A DNA stretch of 64,000 bases, taken from assembly GCA_965267495.1 (NCBI GenBank), contig OZ254078.1, positions 2,766,145 to 2,830,144 of the forward strand, given 5' to 3'. Made by a program: the position numbers and the translations under genes. Numbering within the stretch: the stretch's first letter is position 1; every line of letters starts with the position of its first letter. Below, one piece after another: positions 1 to 8,903 of this stretch. Origin of the DNA: an uncultured Pseudohongiella sp. (GTDB lineage: Bacteria; Pseudomonadota; Gammaproteobacteria; Pseudomonadales; Pseudohongiellaceae). Under the pieces are notes generated by a model, which worked only from the letters and a program-made list of their open reading frames with translations, did not search any database and was not told the DNA's origin.

Positions 1-126
1 CTGCCTCTGCCTTTCCAGATCCGCACGTTCCGCAGGCGTTGAGAACAGCCGCAAAATCGTCTGTGCCTGTGCCGAATAGGGCAATAGCGTCAGCAGTAAA
101 ACTATGGTGAAGGTTATTTTGATCAT
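1..126 (-). CDS. Small secreted protein, N-terminal part only (gene continues past the window start); possibly MshK-like pilus biogenesis component
   Basis: ATG at 124-126 (minus), 5 nt after the stop of the upstream PilO-like gene. My translation is MIKITFTIVLLLTLLPYSAQAQ..., a typical signal peptide. The function is inferred from operon position only. Confidence 0.4.
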   Translation of the reverse strand, partial: MIKITFTIVLLLTLLPYSAQAQTILRLFSTPAERADLERQRQ

Positions 127-131
127 AGGAA

Positions 132-770
132 TTAAAACCCGAGATAGGGCTCCCTCTGATACGTATACCAATTAAAATCGCAAGCTGCTATTTGATGCTG
201 TACAACCTCCCTGGCCATGTCGGGATCTTCCAGCGCAGCGGTTACAGTGCAACTGGTCGGCACCATCAACCTGCCAGAGTCCATGATGTCGGCCAGGAAT
301 CGGGTGAGATCTTCCTCATGTAACAACGAGAACCGAACCTGTACCTGACTCGACCTCAGGGTAATCTGATCATCGGGGAAGTCCACGTCTTCCCCATACT
401 CCAATAGCAATCGATTCTGTTCACCGATCGCCACACTGATAGGAAACAACAGGTAACGCTCGCGGATATCGGTAATTTCTTCCAGCAGTGCAACCCGATC
501 TTCCTCACCCATGACACCGTTGGCTTCCATGGTGTTGTAGACACCGATACTGTTCACTACCGCTTGCTCTTCCTGTGCGATCTCCTGCACCTGAACAGAA
601 ATCAGCTCCATATCTGTCGTGGCATTGAATTCTCTGCGCTGCATATCGTTGCCATAGAATGACGCCGCGAAATATGCACCAATTGAGAGTGCCAGCACGA
701 CCGCCAACAGGATCATCGGGCCCCTCAGCCAGCGAATGTCTTCTCTGATGCTTCTTCTTCTCAGCGCCAT
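132..770 (-). CDS. PilO/GspM-like (MshJ-like) inner-membrane pilus assembly protein
   Basis: 212-aa ORF with a single N-terminal TM helix (GPMILLAVVLALSIGAYFAASFY) followed by a coiled-coil/ferredoxin-like periplasmic part. It is tightly packed after the PilMN-like gene in the pilus operon. Confidence 0.5.
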   Translation of the reverse strand: MALRRRSIREDIRWLRGPMILLAVVLALSIGAYFAASFYGNDMQRREFNATTDMELISVQVQEIAQEEQAVVNSIGVYNTMEANGVMGEEDRVALLEEITDIRERYLLFPISVAIGEQNRLLLEYGEDVDFPDDQITLRSSQVQVRFSLLHEEDLTRFLADIMDSGRLMVPTSCTVTAALEDPDMAREVVQHQIAACDFNWYTYQREPYLGF

Positions 771-772
771 GA

Positions 773-2317
773 CTAACTTTCCTGCCTGACCCGAATTGCA
801 AATTCGGCATCCACAGCATCGTCGTTAATTACCGTACTCACCTCACCATCAGGCCCGGATTCAACCGGCAGGCTAATCGGTGTTGCAACTGCACCTTCGA
901 TTCGATTAAGGGTCTGCAGAAAGACGCCAAGTTGGCGCTGGGAAGTAGCGATACTGCTTCCGCCGCGCACCGTCCCTACCAGATTAATTGACGGTGAGGC
1001 CTCTCCGGCAAGCAACGCATCGGTAGTTGTATTGTCCTCATTAAGCCCGGTCAGTTCCCACTCAACAGAGCTTAAGGTGACAGAAGGAAATCTAGCTACT
1101 ACGGCACTCACAGCACGCATCAATTCAATAGGGTTGCGAATCTGCTCGTTAAACAACTGATAATTGCTCACTGCCAACTGCATCGCCTCCGATGGAATTG
1201 GAGTCGCAGGGAATTCCGCCGTTAGCGAATCATACTGAAGCTGAATAGGCAGAATCTGCTCCATCAAGCTATCAATCCGGGCTGAGCGCCTGGTGGCATC
1301 CAACAAGAGCGGCATAAAAATGCCAGCGCTGATTAACACAGAAGCAACGCAGGTGATGTAGATGATTCTGCGCACCTGCCAAAGGTCGTTGAAGCGCAAG
1401 ACGGGAGGAGAAGCATAGCGATTTGCCAGTTGTCCATGGCGCACTCCCCAATCCAGGCAGAGTATAAGGGCTGTCTTGCTGCTATCAGATCCATGATAGT
1501 GATCCGGAGCAATCATCTCAGCAGGGCGGTGATGTTCGATCTTGCGGAAAAGGCCCTCGCCAAGATGCTCATGAAATTCTTCATTGTCCAGCTGTGGGGT
1601 AATAATATGCAGGTCCAGTTGCTCTCCGAATTTCGTCAGGCCGATGCGCTCCAGATATTCCTTCGACTGTCGGCAAGTGGCCATAATATCGCTCACCAGC
1701 TCGTCATTAGTGACCGCACTAGTCTGAGTGAGTCGACTGAACATCATGCGATTATTGGATACGAAGGTCTGACGAATACCGGTCGCCTCCCAATTGACCA
1801 GCAATGTATCTTTACTGGACAACAGCTCGTAGTGCTCTGCGACTTTGCACAGAGCAAATGCCGGTGTGGTGACCCCCTGGATAGGCACCTCTTCTTGCAG
1901 TAATACACGAATCCAGGGCTCGACTATCTGGTTTTTGGTCAATGCACTGAAAAGAACCTTGTCATTCTTCCTGCCACCAGGTTCCCGGCCAACGACACTC
2001 GATGAGCGATACTCCAGCGACCGAAAATGCTGTAGTGATTTGCGATTGAGAAATCCTTTACGATCGTAGTAGCTGACGTGAGGCAGTGATTCCACCAGAA
2101 AATCTTCAGCAACTGTATCCACAAGCAATGTAATAGGAGACAGAGTCTGTTCAGTGAGGTAGTTCCGGAAATTGGTATAACCAACATCCTCGTCAGAAAA
2201 CTTGGCATCGTGAATCAATTGCCCCTTGTGCAGCACATAGACAGAAAGCCCATCCGCATCAATGAGAGCGATGCGTTTGGATTTTTTCCTCCCCAGTCCA
2301 CCCAATATGCCTAGCAC
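773..2317 (-). CDS. PilM-like cytoplasmic domain fused through one TM helix to a PilN-like periplasmic domain (MshI-like)
   Basis: 514-aa ORF with an N-terminal ~320-aa soluble domain, a TM helix (IIYITCVASVLISAGIFMPLLL) and a C-terminal periplasmic part. It lies between the GspF-like and PilO-like genes. The assignment rests on architecture and context, not on a recognised motif. Confidence 0.45.
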   Translation of the reverse strand: MLGILGGLGRKKSKRIALIDADGLSVYVLHKGQLIHDAKFSDEDVGYTNFRNYLTEQTLSPITLLVDTVAEDFLVESLPHVSYYDRKGFLNRKSLQHFRSLEYRSSSVVGREPGGRKNDKVLFSALTKNQIVEPWIRVLLQEEVPIQGVTTPAFALCKVAEHYELLSSKDTLLVNWEATGIRQTFVSNNRMMFSRLTQTSAVTNDELVSDIMATCRQSKEYLERIGLTKFGEQLDLHIITPQLDNEEFHEHLGEGLFRKIEHHRPAEMIAPDHYHGSDSSKTALILCLDWGVRHGQLANRYASPPVLRFNDLWQVRRIIYITCVASVLISAGIFMPLLLDATRRSARIDSLMEQILPIQLQYDSLTAEFPATPIPSEAMQLAVSNYQLFNEQIRNPIELMRAVSAVVARFPSVTLSSVEWELTGLNEDNTTTDALLAGEASPSINLVGTVRGGSSIATSQRQLGVFLQTLNRIEGAVATPISLPVESGPDGEVSTVINDDAVDAEFAIRVRQES

Positions 2318-2325
2318 TTCACTAC

Positions 2326-3531
2326 CTATAGTTGCAGATTACTGATTGAAGAATAAACAGGCCCCATCACTGATAACATCACCCATCCCAGAATGCCACC
2401 CAAAACGATAGTCATGATAGGTTGAATCAGCGCCTGAACTCGCTCGATAGAGTCCTTAATATCCCGATCATAGAAGTAGCTCACATTCAGGAGCGCCTGA
2501 TCCAGCTGGCCGGTTGTTTCGCCGACGCGAATCATTCGCACCACCAGGGGTGGGAACAAACCGGTATTACGAAAACTGTCGGAAACTCCCTGCCCTTCCT
2601 GTATCTCTTCACGGGCTTTTGACAAGGCGTATCGAATCGCCACATTGCCCGCTGTTTTTTCAGTGATTTCAATACATTTCAACACCGGAATACCCGCCTT
2701 GTACATCAGGGCAAAGAGATTGGCGAAACGGGACAGGATGATTTTCTTCAGCACCGGGCCGATTTGCCAGACATTGAGCTTCAGGGCGTCAAGTCGGTAA
2801 CGGATCTCTTCGCTCATGGATGCCGCAGTCTTCAATAGCAACCAAACTATCAGCGGGGCAATCGTAAAGAGATACCAGTAAGCCACAATAAAATTTGATG
2901 TAGCAATGAGCACTCGAGTGTGTAGTGGTAATGTTGATCCAATGCCCTCAATAAAATTGATCAACTGCGGCACCAGATAGATCATCAAAAACCCGATTAC
3001 GCCAACAATTGCTGCTCCAACGAAGGCCGGGAATATAAGCAATTTCTTGGTGGACGTGATCAGTTCATCCTGCCATTTGATCATGCCATTGAGTGACAGA
3101 AAAACATCGGGCAATTGTCCGCTTTCCTCTCCAGCGGCAATAAGATTGACAAACATTTCATCAAACACCGCAGGATGCACAGCCAGTGCTTCTGAAAGCT
3201 TCTTGCCAGCTTCAATATCTTCGATTATCTGGGCGATTACAGCTCGGAAATTCGCCTGCTCAACACTGTCACGCAGGTCCATCAGGCCATCAAGGATAGA
3301 CACCCCTGATCTGGTGAGTTGCTCCATGTGGAAACAGAAATTAATAATGTCGATTCGGCGAATTGGCTGGCTGAGAAAGAGAGATTTTCGCTGTTCGACA
3401 AATCTGGCGCGCACCAGATCCAGACCCATTCTTGCGAGACGGTTCTCCAGATCCATCTCATTGGCAGCATCCAGTTTGCCGCTATGTTTGCGCCCTCTGT
3501 TATCGACGGCTTTGTAATTAAAGAGTGCCAC
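2326..3531 (-). CDS. GspF/PilC/MshG-family type II secretion / type IV pilus platform protein
   Basis: 401-aa ORF with the duplicated GspF repeat architecture, three TM segments and conserved stretches (LLIFPAFVGAAIVGVIGFLMIYLVPQ, RMIRVGETTGQLDQAL). It sits directly downstream of the GspE ATPase. Confidence 0.9.
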   Translation of the reverse strand: MALFNYKAVDNRGRKHSGKLDAANEMDLENRLARMGLDLVRARFVEQRKSLFLSQPIRRIDIINFCFHMEQLTRSGVSILDGLMDLRDSVEQANFRAVIAQIIEDIEAGKKLSEALAVHPAVFDEMFVNLIAAGEESGQLPDVFLSLNGMIKWQDELITSTKKLLIFPAFVGAAIVGVIGFLMIYLVPQLINFIEGIGSTLPLHTRVLIATSNFIVAYWYLFTIAPLIVWLLLKTAASMSEEIRYRLDALKLNVWQIGPVLKKIILSRFANLFALMYKAGIPVLKCIEITEKTAGNVAIRYALSKAREEIQEGQGVSDSFRNTGLFPPLVVRMIRVGETTGQLDQALLNVSYFYDRDIKDSIERVQALIQPIMTIVLGGILGWVMLSVMGPVYSSISNLQL

Positions 3532-3549
3532 CTGGCGTCCCGTTTGATG

Positions 3550-5271
3550 TTATCTACTGACTCTGCTGGTGAGGTCTACCTTGCGTGTTATCTCATCCAG
3601 ACTGGTCAGTCCTTCGATAACCCGCCGACAGGCATCATCGGCGAGAGTTTTAAAACCGGTTGCAACAGCTGCTTTCAACAATTCATGTGCTGAAGTTTGC
3701 TGGGAAATGAGCTTTTTCATGTAGTCGTTGATGCGCAATATTTCCACGATCGCAGTACGGCCACGATAGCCTGTGTGATCACAGGCGGCACATCCCTTTG
3801 GCGCATAGATAGTAAGATTCTGCACTGCATCATCCAGGCCCAACAGCTTTCGCTCTAGCTCACCAACCTCCTGGGGCTGCTTGCATTTTGTACAGAGACG
3901 ACGAATCAGGCGTTGAGCAACGATACCGATCAAATTGTCTGACAGGATATCCGGCAACACGCCCAGGTCCGAAAGGCGCGACATGGAACCCACTGCTGAA
4001 TTGGTGTGCAGAGTCGAAAACACCTGGTGACCCGTCATTGAAGCGCGAAAAGCCATCTCGGCCGTAATATCATCCCTTATCTCACCAACCAGGATGACGT
4101 CCGGGTCCTGACGCATCATTGAGCGAATACCTTCTGCAAAACCCATCTTGGCTGCTTCATTTATTGAAGTCTGGCGAATCATGGGCATGGGATACTCTAC
4201 CGGGTCTTCCATGGTCATGATATTGATTGCTTCTGTGTTGATATGACTCAGCACAGAGTAAAGGGTTGTGGTCTTTCCGCTGCCTGTGGGCCCGGTAACC
4301 AGTATCACCCCTTCGGGTTTTGCCAGCATGAGCTTGAGTGTATGCAGGTTAGACTCACTGAGGCCCAATTGCTCCATCGGCACAATGCCCTTGCGCCGAT
4401 CCAGCACACGCAAGACAACATTCTCACCGTAAGAGGTGGGCTGTGAAGCAACACGAAAGTCGATCTGCCGACCCATTAGTGACATGGACGTTCGTCCATC
4501 CTGGGGTGCACGGGATTCAGCGATATTCATCCCGCTGATGACTTTTAATCGCACAACCATTGCTGGCCAGTAGCTTTCATGCAGCGACCTGACCTGACGA
4601 AGTACGCCGTCGATTCGATATCGAATGCGCAAGAATCCTTCTTCCGGTTCGAAATGGATATCTGACGCATCTCTTTGCACAGCGTCGGCAAGCAATGCAT
4701 TGACCAATCGCACCATGGGGTGATTGTATTGATCACCTCCGGCCGCTTGTACAGCATCCAGGTCGATTTCGCCTGTTTCAATTTCCTGAAGAATGCCATC
4801 AATGGAAAGATCGAAACCATAGATTTCTTCAGTAATCCGGGCGATATCTGCATCGCCACCCAGCACAGGTTCTATTTCCAGTTCGTTATCGTGCAGCCCG
4901 CGAATCTGATCCAGCGCGACAATATTAAACGTATCTGCCATGGCGATAGTGAGCTTGTTTGCATCAACATCATAGGAGAGAGGCAGTACTTTAAAACGGC
5001 GTGCTACATCTTGGGGCACCATCTCGATAGCGTTGGCATCAATCACCACATTAGCGAGGTCGACGCTGCTGTAGCCAGTGTTCTCACTTAGTGCATCGCG
5101 AATAATTGAATCGGTGACGAATCCCAGCTCTATCAGGGTGGCACCGATGCGCTTGCCTCGTATCTTCTGTTCATGCAGACCAATGCGAAGCTGATCTTCA
5201 GTGATCATGCCTTTTTCGATCAGTTTTTCACCGAGCCGCTTCTTGGGCACCTGTTCTGTCGCTTCACTCAT
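3550..5271 (-). CDS. GspE/MshE/PilB-family secretion ATPase with an N-terminal MshEN-type domain
   Basis: Walker A GPTGSGKTTT, Asp/His boxes and a tetracysteine motif (CTKCKQP...CAACDHTGYRGR). The N-terminus carries RLGEKLIEKGMITEDQLRIGLHEQ and RIGATLIELGFVTDSIIRDALSEN. The ATG at 5271 overlaps the upstream TGA by 1 nt; a GTG at 5274 is an alternative start. Confidence 0.9.
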   Translation of the reverse strand: MSEATEQVPKKRLGEKLIEKGMITEDQLRIGLHEQKIRGKRIGATLIELGFVTDSIIRDALSENTGYSSVDLANVVIDANAIEMVPQDVARRFKVLPLSYDVDANKLTIAMADTFNIVALDQIRGLHDNELEIEPVLGGDADIARITEEIYGFDLSIDGILQEIETGEIDLDAVQAAGGDQYNHPMVRLVNALLADAVQRDASDIHFEPEEGFLRIRYRIDGVLRQVRSLHESYWPAMVVRLKVISGMNIAESRAPQDGRTSMSLMGRQIDFRVASQPTSYGENVVLRVLDRRKGIVPMEQLGLSESNLHTLKLMLAKPEGVILVTGPTGSGKTTTLYSVLSHINTEAINIMTMEDPVEYPMPMIRQTSINEAAKMGFAEGIRSMMRQDPDVILVGEIRDDITAEMAFRASMTGHQVFSTLHTNSAVGSMSRLSDLGVLPDILSDNLIGIVAQRLIRRLCTKCKQPQEVGELERKLLGLDDAVQNLTIYAPKGCAACDHTGYRGRTAIVEILRINDYMKKLISQQTSAHELLKAAVATGFKTLADDACRRVIEGLTSLDEITRKVDLTSRVSR

Positions 5272-7229
5272 CACAGATTTACCTCGGCCAATTCAATCAA
5301 TCTCTCCCTAGCTATGTTCACATCGAAACTGGCTGGAAACTCAGCGGCAAACGCCACCGCTTCCCGATAATAGACTTCAGCTGCTGCACCCTGGTTGAGA
5401 TGTTCGAGGCTGACTGCCAGGTTGAATGCATAGTCGGGATTGACCGGCAGCCCCTGAAGCGCATCGGTTTTTGCCTGTTGCAAGGCATTGAAATAGTGTC
5501 GCTGCGCATCAGTCCAACGACTCTGGCCAGCATAGAAATTGCCAAGCGCATAGTTAACCGGAGCAACTTGTGGATGAAGTTCCATCAGGCGGCGCAATTC
5601 CCGCTCCTGTTGCTCTGGTCCTCCCAAGGGCCTGAGCCCCATCAGGCCGGCGCGCGCCACCGCATCACTTGGGTCTCTGGCCAGGAGTCGCGAATACAAC
5701 TCCATTGCAAGATTTCTTTCTCCATTACTATTGGCAATCGCTGCCAGGCCAAGCAGTGCATCTCGATTGCGGGGCGAATTGCTCAACACTTGCTGGTACA
5801 GACTTTGAGCCAGCACCAGGTTGTCTCGTTGGAACGCGGCATAAGCATCCCGCAGCAGAGGATCTACCCCACCTGAGGATCCAGAGCGGGTAAAACTGAT
5901 GGTATTGCTTGGGCCCTGTGATTGCACCAGTTGCTGTGTGACTTCGGGCTCAAGCTCGCCCGGCGCGGATTGCTGCTCTTGACCGTCTGCAACCACTGGC
6001 TCCGAATCAGCAACAGCTGGCGCGATGTCTGCTTGTCCTGTGGTCGCTGTTTCGGTTTCTGGTTCAGCATCAGCATTGACCTGTTCTGCGGCATCGACAT
6101 CAGCAATAACTTGTGCCGCGTCATCAATCGCCGTCTCTTCAGGAATCTCGAAACTGAAATCGCCGTCAAGAGGTATCGATTCTTCCTCAATTGGTTCTTC
6201 AGTGACTGCAGCTACCTCCAGGCTCTCGTTGAAGTTCTCGGAAAAACTATCCTGATTCGCCAGGAACTGTGCAGGCACATTGAAGTTATCAGTTGTATTG
6301 TTCACCACGAAGAAATAGAAATAGGCACCTACTGCCACCATAAGAACGATGGTGATCTGGGCTGCCCATATCTTGGTGGAGCGACGTATGCGCAAGCGTT
6401 TGCGCTTACCTTGCTGCTTGGCGGCAAACAGATTTCTGGCACCCGAGCGGCTTGCGGCCGAGCGCTCGCTTATCGTTTCCTGCTGGGGTGTCAGCGTCAG
6501 CTTGTCCTTGGTCTCAGGAACGATTTCGTCTCGCTGATTGTTGGTCTCTATCTCATCCTGCAGTGAACCTTCTGATCTATCAGCAATCATTCGCTCTGGC
6601 GAAGGCTCAGAGATAGCCCGTTCCAGATTTTCCTGTGCCTGCAACTTCTCGTGACTGGCGCTAAGCGCGGCGCGCACGGCTTCCGGATTGTTAACTACGA
6701 CTCCATACTCCGGTGCTGACGAAGACTCTTCCTCGTTCGAATCTTCAGCGCTTTCAAAGTCATCATCCGTATGCGCTTGCATGGAATCAGATTCGTCAGC
6801 GGTGTCTTCAACTGCCTTAGTCGGCTCCACTGAGCTGGCAGTGCTGGTCAATTCCGCGGAATAGTCAGGTGTGTAGTCGGCATCGAAGCCTTGCCGGGTG
6901 GCACTGCTTAGCCGGTCATCGATTGGCTCGAGGCTGAGACTGTCTCCATCCGATTCAGAAAGCTGTTCTGTTGCGGACTCCGGCACCAAATCAGGCTCGG
7001 GGGATTCCGTCGCCTCACTTTCTGGTGAAGCTTCATCTGGTGGAGCCTCCGACTCAAATTCCAGGGCTACATCGGGAATGTTACCGGAATCGGCGCTATC
7101 GCCGGCGGGTGCAGACTCAGCAGCTGCTGAATCTGCATCGGGCTGCTCTTCCGGTTTCGCTTCATCGCCTTGCTCTGCCTGCTTCTTGGCTTCTTCGGCT
7201 TTGCGCAGCGCGTCCATTAAAAGGCTCAT
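5271..7229 (-). CDS. TPR-repeat pilus biogenesis protein (MshN-like) with long acidic low-complexity regions
   Basis: 652-aa ORF. It has an N-terminal MSLLMDALRKAEEAKKQ helix, ~280 aa of D/E/S-rich sequence, one TM helix (IWAAQITIVLMVAVGAYFYFFVV), a second acidic stretch and C-terminal TPR repeats (LAQSLYQQVLSNSPRNRDALLGLA...). Confidence 0.6.
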   Translation of the reverse strand: MSLLMDALRKAEEAKKQAEQGDEAKPEEQPDADSAAAESAPAGDSADSGNIPDVALEFESEAPPDEASPESEATESPEPDLVPESATEQLSESDGDSLSLEPIDDRLSSATRQGFDADYTPDYSAELTSTASSVEPTKAVEDTADESDSMQAHTDDDFESAEDSNEEESSSAPEYGVVVNNPEAVRAALSASHEKLQAQENLERAISEPSPERMIADRSEGSLQDEIETNNQRDEIVPETKDKLTLTPQQETISERSAASRSGARNLFAAKQQGKRKRLRIRRSTKIWAAQITIVLMVAVGAYFYFFVVNNTTDNFNVPAQFLANQDSFSENFNESLEVAAVTEEPIEEESIPLDGDFSFEIPEETAIDDAAQVIADVDAAEQVNADAEPETETATTGQADIAPAVADSEPVVADGQEQQSAPGELEPEVTQQLVQSQGPSNTISFTRSGSSGGVDPLLRDAYAAFQRDNLVLAQSLYQQVLSNSPRNRDALLGLAAIANSNGERNLAMELYSRLLARDPSDAVARAGLMGLRPLGGPEQQERELRRLMELHPQVAPVNYALGNFYAGQSRWTDAQRHYFNALQQAKTDALQGLPVNPDYAFNLAVSLEHLNQGAAAEVYYREAVAFAAEFPASFDVNIARERLIELAEVNL

Positions 7230-7258
7230 GGATTCTTCTCTCTGGCCTGGGCCGCGGG

Positions 7259-8899
7259 CTACTGATCAGAGCTGCCTTGGTTACGCACACTACCAACTGT
7301 TGCTGTTGGCAGAAACTCCCTGAATTGTTCTAGATCACCATTGATACTGGGTTGTCGAATCACCACTGGGCGAATAAAGATGATCAGTTCGGTCTTGATT
7401 GTGTTGTCATCACGATAACTGAATAAATCACCCACTACCGGTACCCGGTTCACACCTGGAATACCAGCCACATCAGTATCGATTGTGTCCTGCATCAGCC
7501 CGCCGAGAATCGCAATCTCACCGCTGTCCACCTTCAACACCGATTCGATTTCCCGTATTTGCAGTTCTGGAATGGAATTAACTACCTGTGCATCGGCCAG
7601 TGCCGGATTGGGGTCATTCACAAATCTAAGAATACGCGAGATTGTCGGCCGCACGTTCAGGGTGATGCGATCATCTTCACTAATTTGTGGTGTTACTGCC
7701 ATCGTAAAACCAACCGGGACCGTATGTACCGAGCTGGTAAAAGTTGGTGGAATGGCCGGACTCGTGGCCGTGGCCGGGAATCCCTGTTCAACCTCGATGG
7801 TGAAATAAATGCGATTATCAACAACCCGCAACATTGCGGTCTGATTGTTCAGTGCCATCAAGCGGGGGCTGGACAACACACGCAGATCACCAAACTCGGA
7901 CAAGGCGCGGATAGTCGCCGTGATACCATCAGGACCGGCACTCTTATCTATAGTCAGCACATTGGTGGGTGCAGTATCCAGGTTCAATCCAGTTAGGCTT
8001 TGTGAAAAGCTGACCTGACCGTTGTCTCTAGCCAGTGCAGACCAGTCGACCCCAGCCTGGTACCGGTCATTGAGGTTTACCTCGACAACAGTCGCTTCAA
8101 TCATCACCTGGTAGAGTGAACGGGTGCGCACGCTCTCAATAAAGTCATAGACCGCCGCGTGTTCACGGCTTGTTGCACGCACAGAGACGAGACCACTTTC
8201 CGGACTGATGACGATTGAACTGGCTGCGCCTTCTTCTTCCAGATTTTCTCCAAGCAGTGTTGCCAGGTTGGTGGACAAGGTAGCCCAGAATTCATTCGCC
8301 GATGTTTGTGCCAGGGTTGTTGTTGAATTGTTGCCTTCCTGGCTGCCGGTATCATCACCGACACCCCCGGTCACAGCAGACGATACATTCACAGCGGACT
8401 GGGTACTGCGAGCAATGTTGACATAGTCTATACGGTAGTTTCTCCACACTGGGATGTCGGCCTGCACGATCAGGTAGTCTGGCTGTTCAAAGCTCCAGGT
8501 AATATCGACCTGGCGAGAAATGCGCTCCAGAATCTGAGGCAGTGTCTGATCGATTGCGTTGATACTCACAACACCGGATACCGACATGGGCACATCAATA
8601 TTGATATTCGCATCTCTGGCCATGGCGAAAAGTAATTCACGCACCTCCACATCCTGAACAACAACAGAATACAGTTCCAAGGGCACTTCTTCCTGAGGCG
8701 GCGTGATCAACGGGATGGATTGCACGATCTCCGGTATTTCGGCGGTCTCGGTTTCCTGGGGTGGAGCAGTGATATGCCGATTATCCACTTCAAATTCCGC
8801 ATCTGACGCGGGTGGAGGCAAGGGCACCAGATTGCAGGCAGAAACCCCTGCAAGAACGAGGGCGGAGAAAACGATTTTACTACACACTCCAGAATTCAT
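7259..8899 (-). CDS. Secretin (MshL/PilQ/GspD family), predicted lipoprotein
   Basis: The C-terminal secretin motif is present (ILGGLMQDTIDTDVAGIPGVNRVPVVGDLFSYRDDNTIKTELIIFIRPVVI). I chose the start at ATG 8899, which gives MNSGVCSKIVFSALVLAGVSAC with a lipobox-like VSAC. It lies 4 nt after the upstream stop. The longer ORF to 9025 would overlap the upstream gene by 122 nt. Confidence 0.85.
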   Translation of the reverse strand: MNSGVCSKIVFSALVLAGVSACNLVPLPPPASDAEFEVDNRHITAPPQETETAEIPEIVQSIPLITPPQEEVPLELYSVVVQDVEVRELLFAMARDANINIDVPMSVSGVVSINAIDQTLPQILERISRQVDITWSFEQPDYLIVQADIPVWRNYRIDYVNIARSTQSAVNVSSAVTGGVGDDTGSQEGNNSTTTLAQTSANEFWATLSTNLATLLGENLEEEGAASSIVISPESGLVSVRATSREHAAVYDFIESVRTRSLYQVMIEATVVEVNLNDRYQAGVDWSALARDNGQVSFSQSLTGLNLDTAPTNVLTIDKSAGPDGITATIRALSEFGDLRVLSSPRLMALNNQTAMLRVVDNRIYFTIEVEQGFPATATSPAIPPTFTSSVHTVPVGFTMAVTPQISEDDRITLNVRPTISRILRFVNDPNPALADAQVVNSIPELQIREIESVLKVDSGEIAILGGLMQDTIDTDVAGIPGVNRVPVVGDLFSYRDDNTIKTELIIFIRPVVIRQPSINGDLEQFREFLPTATVGSVRNQGSSDQ

Positions 8900-8903
8900 T
8901 TGT

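Noticed and set aside
5922-6566. 214-aa plus-strand ORF opposite the TPR/MshN-like gene
   Set aside because: It is antisense to a low-complexity acidic coding region, where long stop-free frames arise trivially.
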